NCBI RefSeq assembly: GCF_024231755.1
Contig: NZ_JAAEQH010000061.1
Span: 37,762-77,761, forward strand
Length of the DNA: 40,000 nucleotides
Reading direction: 5' to 3'
DNA from: Neptuniibacter sp.
Lineage (GTDB): Bacteria; Pseudomonadota; Gammaproteobacteria; Pseudomonadales; Balneatricaceae
How positions within the stretch are numbered: position 1 is the stretch's first letter; each line of letters starts with the position of its first letter. The notes below the pieces were generated by a model. It saw nothing but the letters and a program-made list of their open reading frames with translations. It made no database searches and was not told where the DNA came from. Of this stretch, positions 22,990 to 31,460 are shown one piece after another. The position numbers and the translations under genes were made by a program.

Positions 22990-23757
22990 ATGAAAGATCG
23001 GCAGTTAATTTATAAGGTTATCCTCAAGGAAAACACAGAAATCGCCTGGAACAAAGCTGAAGAGACTTTAGAGTTTCGGAATTCTTCTGGAGAACTTTCA
23101 AGTAAAAATCAGATAAGTATTGGGGCAGGTTACACCCGAGAAGGAAAACAACCTAAGATATTGCGTGAAACGAATCATCCTGGTGGAACTGTCAGTTTTA
23201 CACCCAAGGAGACTGTGTATGATCGATATTTGGCGATCGATACAAGCCATGAAAAATTTGGCGAGAATCTCATATGTGTTACGGCCTGCTTGAGTATCGA
23301 GCAAGATATCGATAGTAGTGGTGAACTTAAAAAAGGAGAGTCAATAAGTATTCTCCAATGGCCCCGCCTTGTCTTTTTGACAAATGACAAGTTCAATCCA
23401 GAAAGATATGGCTGGTTTCGATTTATTGAGGCGCTAGAAAAAAGTGATGGCTTTTCGAAAGAGCGCACATATGGAGTTATAGTTGACAGCGATTTGGATC
23501 GACTTCCGGATATAAATTACAGAGCAGAATCCGTGTTCGAGGAATACTATTTACCTGAATGCCTATCTCTAATATATGCGAGTGCAGACACAGGGATGGA
23601 AAACATGAAAAACAAGCTTATCAAGCAAACTGATAAAGTTGCGGCGATTACCTTAAAACAAGCCCAAAAAGAGTTTGCTTCTTTTGAAAACTACGACTTA
23701 GAAGCAGATATTCACGTGCTGGGGTGCCCAAACGACCCAATCAAAGTGCATTTTTAG
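22990..23757 (+). CDS. Cassette 3: orphan cytoplasmic 255-aa protein, unknown function (candidate enzyme or nuclease-like)
   Basis: Single ORF filling the 885-bp cassette. No signal peptide or TM segment. Strand-plus-acidic motifs YLAIDTSH, YGVIVDSDLD and LIYASADTG. No family recognised. Confidence 0.65.
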   Translation: MKDRQLIYKVILKENTEIAWNKAEETLEFRNSSGELSSKNQISIGAGYTREGKQPKILRETNHPGGTVSFTPKETVYDRYLAIDTSHEKFGENLICVTACLSIEQDIDSSGELKKGESISILQWPRLVFLTNDKFNPERYGWFRFIEALEKSDGFSKERTYGVIVDSDLDRLPDINYRAESVFEEYYLPECLSLIYASADTGMENMKNKLIKQTDKVAAITLKQAQKEFASFENYDLEADIHVLGCPNDPIKVHF

Positions 23758-23778
23758 AGGTTTCTACCGTCGTATAAA

Positions 23779-23864
23779 CCATAACAAGGCGGTCAATTAG
23801 CCGAAAAAGCGTGGTTGCGTAAGCGAATCACGCTTTTGGAGGTCCAATTGCCTTGGCGTTATGA
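23779..23864 (+). other. attC site 3 (86 bp)
   Basis: CCATAAC-aaggc-GG[T]CAATT...AAAAGCGTG-loop-CACGCTTTT...AATTGCC-ttggc-GTTATGA. The R'' box is the exact reverse complement of the cassette-3 start GTTATGG. Extrahelical T in L''. Confidence 0.85.
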
Positions 23865-23886
23865 GCACGAGGCAGAACGAAAGCTA

Positions 23887-24084
23887 ATGGAGTCACTAGA
23901 AGAACACACAGTCTTATGCCCCTATTGCGGCGAAGCAATTGACGTACTTATAGATATACAGGAAGTCGGGGACGAATATATTGAAGACTGCCAAGTGTGC
24001 TGTAAGCCCATCATATTCAATGTAGCAACCGATTCAGCTGGCAATTTAACTGTAACAGTGCGAGATGAAAATGAATCACAATGA
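23887..24084 (+). CDS. Cassette 4: CPXCG-motif cysteine-rich (zinc-ribbon) small protein
   Basis: MESLEEHTVLCPYCGEAIDVLID...IEDCQVCCKPIIF has the CPxCG ... CxxCC pattern. Start trimmed from the track's 23815 (alternative start inside attC3) to ATG 23887. Confidence 0.7.
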   Translation: MESLEEHTVLCPYCGEAIDVLIDIQEVGDEYIEDCQVCCKPIIFNVATDSAGNLTVTVRDENESQ

Positions 24085-24090
24085 TTCAAT

Positions 24091-24144
24091 ATATAACAAG
24101 TAAAACAAGCCGCCCTATTAATGAGCGGCTGCTAGGCGTTAGAG
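24091..24144 (+). other. attC site 4 (54 bp)
   Basis: ATATAAC-aagta..CA[A]GCCGC-cctattaatga-GCGGCTG-c-taggc-GTTAGAG. Extrahelical A in L''. The R' heptamer is repeated immediately (GTTAGAG-G-GTTAGAG). Confidence 0.7.
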
Positions 24145-24195
24145 GGTTAGAGCCCTTTAACTAGCACAAAAAACATCTTTAAACAGGGATAGTAA

Positions 24196-24351
24196 ATGAT
24201 GAGTAGAGCCGAACTAGGTAAAGCATGGCGAGAGGGGTATTCTGCTGGTAAAGAGGGGAAACTTAGAGCTTCGAATCCATATTCTGGTATAGAACCCTCT
24301 TTAGCAAAAGAGTGGGACTTAGGCTGGAAAGAAGGGATGAATATCCATTAA
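24196..24351 (+). CDS. Rmf/CrpP-fold small protein (51 aa)
   Basis: Below the ORF-track size cutoff. ATGATG is preceded by AGGGA. MMSRAELGKAWREGYSAGKEGKLRASNPYSGIEPSLAKEWDLGWKEGMNIH fits the G(Y)xAG..G...(C/N)PY....W..GW.EG pattern of ribosome modulation factor / CrpP. Confidence 0.6.
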   Translation: MMSRAELGKAWREGYSAGKEGKLRASNPYSGIEPSLAKEWDLGWKEGMNIH

Positions 24352-24437
24352 GAGAGGATATAAAGGGCATAGAACCCTGGAACCCTTATCTTCAATCCAG
24401 TTTCAAATGTTGATGTTAGCTGAAAATGGAGTTGCAC

Positions 24438-24854
24438 ATGATCGAACCAATAAGCTCATTTCCTGTATTTACGGTTGAGAACCTAGATGCAGCCAAGTCA
24501 TTCTATACAGAGAATCTTGGCTTTGACGTTATCTTTGCGGGTGATTGGTATATCCACTTGATTTCAAAATCGGGAGTTCAGGTAGGATTCCTATTGCCTG
24601 ATCAACCTACCCAGCCTCCAATATTCCAAAAACCATACAGTGGTGAAGGTGTTATTTTTAGCTTGGAAGTTACAGACGCAGATGCGGCTTTCAATGAAGC
24701 AAAATCTAAATCACTAAATATTGTGCTTGAGCTGCGCTCCGAGGATTGGGGGCAACGTCATTTCTGTCTCCAGGACCCTAACGGTGTAAATATAGATATT
24801 GTTCAGTCCTTCGAGCCGACCGAAGAGTATCAGACTGATTATGTATCCTCATAA
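24438..24854 (+). CDS. VOC (glyoxalase/bleomycin-resistance/dioxygenase) family protein
   Basis: FPVFTVENLDAAKSFYTENLGFDV ... GVIFSLEVTDADAAFNEAKSK ... WGQRHFCLQDPNGVNIDIVQ is a typical VOC fold. Start set at ATG 24438 (GGAG 6 nt upstream); the track start is 24426. Confidence 0.8.
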   Translation: MIEPISSFPVFTVENLDAAKSFYTENLGFDVIFAGDWYIHLISKSGVQVGFLLPDQPTQPPIFQKPYSGEGVIFSLEVTDADAAFNEAKSKSLNIVLELRSEDWGQRHFCLQDPNGVNIDIVQSFEPTEEYQTDYVSS

Positions 24855-24892
24855 CATGATGCAGAGCTCTTTGGCACATCAGGGATAATCAT

Positions 24893-24970
24893 ATGAAGCG
24901 AAACGTGCTGATTGTAGGTGCCAGTCGCTTAAGTGGATTTATTCAGCTTCGCTTCATCCTTAAAGGTTGA
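24893..24970 (+). pseudogene. Truncated stub of an NAD(P)-binding Rossmann-fold (SDR/NmrA-like) gene
   Basis: AGGGAtaatcatATG opens a 25-codon ORF, MKRNVLIVGASRLSGFIQLRFILKG*. Its start mimics the MKxxVLIVGASGxxG dinucleotide-binding N-terminus, then it stops. Confidence 0.35.
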
Positions 24971-25030
24971 AAATCTCCTGCTAATCGCTGGACGCTCCAG
25001 GCGACTTATTTCACAAGGCTCACGAAAATC

Positions 25031-25576
25031 ATGAAAAACCTACATAGCACCGTGCTTTTTACCATTCTTGCAGTTCAGACTAGTTTTGTTTCAGCTGGTA
25101 GCAATCATGATCATCCACATACCCATGCAGACGGTCAGAGTCATTCACATAAGCATGACTATAAAACACCGCATGCAGGAATAGAGAAGCCGCTCTGGGG
25201 GCTCGACGGGATTGAGGCTTATGTTGAGCTTAAACTTCATGATGACAAAGGCGATCTGGAGCTTTGGTTAACAAATTGGAAAGAGATAACGCCCTATGAT
25301 CTTCCTTTAGGCACCCAAATCACTGTGACATTTACAGAGCTAGAAAATAAAACAGTGGAATTAAATGTGCGTAATAAGGCGAAGAATGAAGATGAAGATG
25401 GTCAGGTGAATATTCGCGATAATAAGACAAACTATTTCATTTTCCCTGGCGATACCGGAGTTGATGCATCTTTCTTGATCGGCAAAGGCTTTTCTTCAGA
25501 TGTTATCGTTTCGTTTGAAATTGATGGCGTGCGATATGCAACCAGCTCATTTACATTAACCCCGCATACTCACTAG
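25031..25576 (+). CDS. Secreted His-rich protein (putative periplasmic metal-binding), unknown family
   Basis: Signal peptide (..AVQTSFVSA|GS). The mature N-terminus SNHDHPHTHADGQSHSHKHDYKTPH has 9 His in about 25 residues. Beta-rich body, and the C-terminus ends PHTH. Confidence 0.6.
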   Translation: MKNLHSTVLFTILAVQTSFVSAGSNHDHPHTHADGQSHSHKHDYKTPHAGIEKPLWGLDGIEAYVELKLHDDKGDLELWLTNWKEITPYDLPLGTQITVTFTELENKTVELNVRNKAKNEDEDGQVNIRDNKTNYFIFPGDTGVDASFLIGKGFSSDVIVSFEIDGVRYATSSFTLTPHTH

Positions 25577-25591
25577 CACACTAGGCATCCA

Positions 25592-25885
25592 ATGAAAAAA
25601 GCATACTGCATCGTCAATATTGTTAAGATTCACCATCCAGAAAAATTCAAAGAATATGTCATTGGGCATGTGCCGACAGTAGATCAGTACGGCGGAAAAT
25701 TTCTGGTTAAAGGTGATCTAGGCGAGGTATTGGAAGGGGAGTGGCCAAATAACCTGATGGTGCTGCATGAGTTTCCGAGTATTGAGCAGTTTAAGCGTTG
25801 GTATGAGTCGGAAGAGTATAAACCCTGGAAAGAGCTAAGACAGAGCTGCGCTGATGTGAATGTGATACTGACAGAGGGCGCATAG
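25592..25885 (+). CDS. DUF1330 domain protein
   Basis: A 97-aa protein with Y.IV.I.I.....F.EY......V.QYGGKFLV.G....LEGEW......V.EFPS.E....WY.S.EY, typical of DUF1330. Confidence 0.7.
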   Translation: MKKAYCIVNIVKIHHPEKFKEYVIGHVPTVDQYGGKFLVKGDLGEVLEGEWPNNLMVLHEFPSIEQFKRWYESEEYKPWKELRQSCADVNVILTEGA

Positions 25886-25974
25886 GATGTGCGCATTGTA
25901 AGTAGATTAAATTTGGCGGCTTTCGAGGCAAGCAGCCACACTGTTTCTGACTACGGATTCGAATAAGGCTGAAA

Positions 25975-26004
25975 TAAAAAAACGGGGCATATAGCCCCGT
26001 TTTT
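25975..26004. terminator. Bidirectional rho-independent terminator (array end / purB)
   Basis: AAAAAAACGGGGC-atata-GCCCCGTTTTT. Confidence 0.85.
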
Positions 26005-26018
26005 CATGATCCAATTAC

Positions 26019-27422
<1,404 letters not shown>

Positions 27423-27558
27423 TTATACCTGAGTCGAATGCCGATTCGTAGTGCATGTTGAAGTTATTCTGGACACATCCCAAGTCCGTTTCTATTCTAG
27501 AGGTATCGACTTTAGTTTAATGCCGTGTTTTTGAGTTAATCTTTCGAGAGGATCAGAA

Positions 27559-27792
27559 ATGACTATCACAGTAACCGGCTCCTATGCCTCAAGTGACCAG
27601 ATCAAAATGGTCTTTGACGACCTAATAGCGAAAGGTATTCCCAGGGAGCAAGTTTTTATAGACACATACGAAAATGCTGTAAAAGTAATGACTGCAGACA
27701 ATATGGAGTGGGATATTGAGCGGATCTTACGAACGCATGGTGTGAGAAGGTACAAAATAAGGCGAAAGAGCATTTATACGCTGCTGGGATAA
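27559..27792 (+). CDS. Hypothetical small protein (77 aa)
   Basis: ORF with GAGGA 7 nt upstream, followed directly by a strong terminator. No family recognised. Confidence 0.5.
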   Translation: MTITVTGSYASSDQIKMVFDDLIAKGIPREQVFIDTYENAVKVMTADNMEWDIERILRTHGVRRYKIRRKSIYTLLG

Positions 27793-27826
27793 AAAAATGG
27801 ATAACGATTGTCGTTATCCATTTTTA
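27791..27826. terminator. Bidirectional rho-independent terminator (77-aa ORF / hflD)
   Basis: AAAAAAATGGATAACGA-ttg-TCGTTATCCATTTTTAT. Confidence 0.85.
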
Positions 27827-27830
27827 TATT

Positions 27831-28499
27831 TTACTGATCCAGCAACTTTCTAAGAGAAGGGCGTAGACGGGACTTAAAGAACAACAGATGCCAACGTTTA
27901 CCCCCTTTCTGCCGCCAGAGCATTGCGCTGCGAATACCGGCTAGGAGCAGAGCACGAATCTTAGCTGCATTCTCACTATTCTGAAGATGTCGCGGATCGC
28001 CTGTCACCTGAATACGAAAACTGAAACTGCTGATTGTATCCTGGTAAAGATTTGCGATATTGGCAATCACATTCGGATGGCAGTAGGCGCTTGGGTTATC
28101 GGTCGCTTCCTGATCTTCCGAGTTAAAATAACGCGCTTGCTCTGAAACCTGTGACAGGCGCTGCCCAACCGTTTTCATCATCTCAGGATCGGCGCTCAGC
28201 TTGCGCTCAAGGTGCATCATGCTCAGCGCGTAACGAATAACATCTTTGTTGTGTTCAGCGCGCGGCTTTTCAACCAGATCTCTAAGGTTTTGCAGACCAA
28301 GATGAAGATTATAGGCTAACTCTTCTTTACCACCGAAGATATCTTCACTGCTTTCTGGATTAAGCTGCATGATGCTGTAAACGGAGGTTTCCAAACTGTT
28401 TTGGGCAACCATGCCTCGTGTGGCGATTTGTTCCACTAAAGCGGCGGCCTGAAATAGCCCGGCCAATCCTAACGCTTGCTCATCGTGAACGCGTGACAC
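27831..28499 (-). CDS. hflD: High-frequency-of-lysogenization protein HflD
   Basis: LGLAGLFQAAALVEQIA..G, IRYALSMMHLERKL, RIQVTGDPRHLQ......IRALLLAGIRSAMLWRQ.GG parallel E. coli HflD. GTG start. purB-hflD-mnmA synteny. Confidence 0.88.
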   Translation of the reverse strand: MSRVHDEQALGLAGLFQAAALVEQIATRGMVAQNSLETSVYSIMQLNPESSEDIFGGKEELAYNLHLGLQNLRDLVEKPRAEHNKDVIRYALSMMHLERKLSADPEMMKTVGQRLSQVSEQARYFNSEDQEATDNPSAYCHPNVIANIANLYQDTISSFSFRIQVTGDPRHLQNSENAAKIRALLLAGIRSAMLWRQKGGKRWHLLFFKSRLRPSLRKLLDQ

Positions 28500-28561
28500 T
28501 ACTAAAACCTCTACTTACTCGTCTTTTTTTATAAATATTGTTCTTATTAATACGGTGCTTA

Positions 28562-29674
28562 TTAATTCTGTTCTGAATTTTTGCCGGTATGTTCAATCAC
28601 GCCGCCGCCCAGACAGACATCTTCAGCATAGATAACGACTGATTGCCCTGGTGTAATCGCACGTTGCGCTTCATTGAACAGAATTTTATAGCCCGATTCA
28701 CCGTGACGTTCGATAATACATTCCTGATCGGACTGGCGATAGCGGACTTTAGCTTTACAGTGATAGGGCAGCGCAGGCTCTTCATCGTTGATCCAGAACA
28801 GGTCGTCAGCAGTGAGCCAGTCTGTAAACAAGAGATCATTCTGCTTACCCTGAACAGCAATCAATACATTGCGCTCAAGATCCTTACCCGCTACAAACCA
28901 AGGCTCTTCAGGGTAGTTTTTCAAACCACCAATCTGTAAACCCTGACGCTGACCGATTGTGTAATACATCAAACCCGCATGTTCGCCGATCACATCACCC
29001 GTAGGGGTTTCGATTTTTCCAGGCTGTGCTGGCAGGTACTGCTTGAGGAAGTCACTGAAGCGACGTTCTCCGATAAAGCAAATGCCCGTACTATCTTTCT
29101 TATTATGGGTAACCAGATCATGTTCTTCAGCTAGCTTGCGGACTTCTGGCTTCTCCAGCTCACCAACAGGAAAGAGTGTCTTTTCGATCTCTTTCTGGCC
29201 AACCTGATGCAGGAAGTAGCTTTGATCTTTGTTGTCATCCAAGCCTTTTAACAACCGGGTTTTACCATCCCGCTCGCCGCGACGCACATAATGGCCAGTA
29301 GCGATTAGATCAGCGCCTAGCTCAATTGCATACTCAAGAAAGGCTTTAAACTTGATTTCCCGATTACACAGGATGTCTGGATTTGGCGTGCGTCCAGCTT
29401 TGTACTCTTCAAGAAAATGCTCGAAGACGTTATCCCAGTATTCTGCTGCGAAGTTGGCTGTATGAAGATGAATGCCCAGCTTGTCGCATACCGCCTGAGC
29501 ATCAGCCAGATCTTCTTTGGCTGTACAGTATTCAGTACCGTCATCTTCGTCCCAGTTTTTCATAAACAGGCCTTCGACCTGATAGCCTTGCTGCATTAAT
29601 AGCAGAGCAGAAACGGATGAATCGACACCGCCGGACATGCCGACGATCACTTTTGTATTGCTGTGATCAGTCAT
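28562..29674 (-). CDS. mnmA: tRNA 2-thiouridine(34) synthase MnmA
   Basis: PP-loop [37 protein letters not shown]. Confidence 0.96.
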   Translation of the reverse strand: MTDHSNTKVIVGMSGGVDSSVSALLLMQQGYQVEGLFMKNWDEDDGTEYCTAKEDLADAQAVCDKLGIHLHTANFAAEYWDNVFEHFLEEYKAGRTPNPDILCNREIKFKAFLEYAIELGADLIATGHYVRRGERDGKTRLLKGLDDNKDQSYFLHQVGQKEIEKTLFPVGELEKPEVRKLAEEHDLVTHNKKDSTGICFIGERRFSDFLKQYLPAQPGKIETPTGDVIGEHAGLMYYTIGQRQGLQIGGLKNYPEEPWFVAGKDLERNVLIAVQGKQNDLLFTDWLTADDLFWINDEEPALPYHCKAKVRYRQSDQECIIERHGESGYKILFNEAQRAITPGQSVVIYAEDVCLGGGVIEHTGKNSEQN

Positions 29675-29688
29675 GAAAACGTATTAAC

Positions 29689-30135
29689 TTAGTTGCTGTA
29701 TTCGTAAATCAGGTCAAGAGGGTATTCTTTGCCTGCCAGATAATCATCAATGCATTTAAGTACCATCGGGCTGCGAAGTTTTTCTGCGCTGGCTTCTATC
29801 TCATCCCGGCTCATCCAGACCTCCCGGATAATACCTTCATCCAGCTCTCGCTCAGACTCATGTTCCAGAGCCTCAGCATAAAAGCAGGCGCGATGGTAGG
29901 TGATATTGTTTTCACCTTTATAGACGTAAAAACCGATCAGGTATTTGGGCTCAACATGCCAGGCAGATTCTTCCAGGGTTTCCCGCTTTGCTGCTTCGAT
30001 GAAGGTTTCTCCTTCATCAATATGTCCGGCGGGCTGATTAAGAACAACTTTGCCTGACGAGACCTCTTCGACCAGTAGGAATTTTCCATTTTTCTCTACA
30101 ATAACCGCAACGGTAGCGTGTGGATACCAAGCCAT
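29689..30135 (-). CDS. nudJ: NUDIX hydrolase (NudJ-like)
   Basis: Nudix box GHIDEGETFIEAAKRETLEESAW. Resembles E. coli NudJ over its full length (VTVA.VV...GKFLLVEE, LRSPMV, YPL) and lies downstream of mnmA. Confidence 0.85.
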   Translation of the reverse strand: MAWYPHATVAVIVEKNGKFLLVEEVSSGKVVLNQPAGHIDEGETFIEAAKRETLEESAWHVEPKYLIGFYVYKGENNITYHRACFYAEALEHESERELDEGIIREVWMSRDEIEASAEKLRSPMVLKCIDDYLAGKEYPLDLIYEYSN

Positions 30136-30287
30136 CCTGGTCCTCAGTTTCTAATGCATATAAAGCGGCACACGATACCACTAAATCGGTCTATTTGCAG
30201 TTAAATCTACAGATCCAAAAAACAGGTTTTTGCAGAAAATATGTTAATAATAGTGATAGTATTCGTGACTGATTAACCGAGGACTGA

Positions 30288-30749
30288 ATGATGGCATCAA
30301 CTGAAATATTCGTACAAACAGAAAACTTTGATATTGGCGATCTGTCTGAGCGGGTTAGGGCTAACGATGCCACCAGCGGTGCAATCGTAACGTTTACAGG
30401 AATTGTCCGCGAACTAGAGGTTTCAGACAATTCTCTGGATGCTCTTTATCTTGAACATTATCCAGGGATGACAGAGAAAGCCCTTGAGAAAATCGGCGCA
30501 CAGGCCCGTGAGCGCTGGGAGCTTGGCAATATTATTATTGGCCATCGAGTGGGGCGTTTAAACCTGAATGAAAATATTGTTTTCGTTGGTGTAGGTAGCG
30601 CACACCGGGTTAATGCTTTTGAGGCCGCTCAATTCATCATGGATTACCTGAAGAAAGATGCCCCGTTCTGGAAAAAAGAGATCACTAATGAAGGCGAAGA
30701 ATGGGTTGAACAGAAGAAGAGCGACCTTGATGCTGCTGATAACTGGTAG
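30288..30749 (+). CDS. moaE: Molybdopterin synthase catalytic subunit MoaE
   Basis: GAIVTFTGIVRE, LEHYPGMTEKAL, IGHRVGRL...ENIVFVGVGSAHR..AFEA..FIMDYLKKDAPFWKKE. Confidence 0.88.
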   Translation: MMASTEIFVQTENFDIGDLSERVRANDATSGAIVTFTGIVRELEVSDNSLDALYLEHYPGMTEKALEKIGAQARERWELGNIIIGHRVGRLNLNENIVFVGVGSAHRVNAFEAAQFIMDYLKKDAPFWKKEITNEGEEWVEQKKSDLDAADNW

Positions 30750-30983
30750 CCAATTCTTCCCACACCTTAATCCTGACCCACCAACCGAATGTTATAAGCC
30801 TTTAGCCGAACAGGCTTAATCCATGGCTTAGTTATTGCTCAAACTCTGTATCTCACGCGGATTCAGGCTGCTTTTAGCCTGGACCGCCCAAATAAAAGCG
30901 TTATCTGTATGCTGCTGTAATTATTGCACCCAAACAGTGCTTTATTCAGTGGTACTAGCGCATGATTAGATACGGGAGTTGAA

Positions 30984-31379
30984 ATGGATTTACCTAAAAT
31001 CTCTGATTGTATGAGCACAGACTTTGCAAAGATCAAAGCTGACATGCCTGTTGCCGAGGCATCCAAAAATCTTATTAAGAAAGTATTGTTGGGCGGCCCG
31101 GTTGTTGATGACCATGGAGGTCTGATCAGATGGATTTCAGAGCAGGATTGCCTGAAAGTTACAGTGCAGGTTGTTTATCTTAACCAACGCGTTGCTACTG
31201 TGCAGGAAATTATGAGTAGTGACGTGCTGGTGGTGAAAGAAAGTGATGATCTTCTTTCCGTAGCTCAGCAGATGCTAGACGCAAAACCCAAGGCTTACCC
31301 TGTGGTAAATGAGCAGAATAAGGTTTTAGGGGTTATTACACGTCGCCATATACTTGATCAGCTAGCGACTCGTATTTAG
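30984..31379 (+). CDS. CBS domain pair protein
   Basis: A 131-aa protein with two CBS-like repeats (ISDCMSTDFAKI...PVVDDHGGLIRWISEQD and VQEIMSSDVLVV...YPVVNEQNKVLGVITRRHIL). Confidence 0.75.
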   Translation: MDLPKISDCMSTDFAKIKADMPVAEASKNLIKKVLLGGPVVDDHGGLIRWISEQDCLKVTVQVVYLNQRVATVQEIMSSDVLVVKESDDLLSVAQQMLDAKPKAYPVVNEQNKVLGVITRRHILDQLATRI

Positions 31380-31425
31380 TGCATTTATTGAGGTGTGGCT
31401 AATCGGTGTAGCTAATCAGAGTAAA

Positions 31426-31450
31426 GAAGGGGAATGAATTATTCCCTTTC
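31426..31450. terminator. Hairpin terminator between the CBS gene and the response regulator gene
   Basis: GAAGGGGAAT-gaatt-ATTCCCTTTC between convergent genes. The flanking A/T runs are short. Confidence 0.55.
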
Positions 31451-31460
31451 TGCCCTCGCA

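Larger units (their letters stand above)
21020..24144. mobile_element. Chromosomal integron (intI, attI, at least four attC-bounded cassettes); the array may extend in decayed form to about 25.9 kb
   Basis: An IntI-type integrase lies divergent from a + strand array. For cassettes 1-3, the 7-nt start of each cassette is the exact reverse complement of that cassette's own R'' box (see findings). Confidence 0.9.

Noticed and set aside
23815-23886. The ORF-track N-terminal extension of the CPXCG gene (MRKRITLLEVQLPWRYEHEAERKL)
   Set aside because: It uses a non-ATG start inside attC3 and reads across the cassette boundary. The conserved protein begins at ATG 23887.
24268-24278. A tRNA T-loop-like string GCTTCGAATCC
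   Set aside because: No acceptor, D or anticodon arms can be drawn around it, and it lies inside the Rmf-like ORF. I found no tRNA anywhere in the window.
24372-24405. A mini attC-like hairpin GAACCCTGGA...TCCAGTTTC with AAC...GTT ends
   Set aside because: It is about 35 bp, too short to hold R and L boxes with spacers. The flanks do not match GTTRRRY.
24849-24972. A long (124 bp) attC from TCATAAC to GTTGAAA after the VOC gene
   Set aside because: The complementary segments are ordered A-B-A'-B' (TGGCAC/GTGCCA and ATGAAGCGAA/TTCGCTTCAT), so the pairings cross and cannot form a nested R/L-box hairpin. GTTGAAA also lacks the family's ggcGTTA context. I report it only as decay.
30136-30287. 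A Moco riboswitch upstream of moaE
   Set aside because: I could not recognise the conserved Moco-motif helices. The region is AT-rich without convincing nested pairing.
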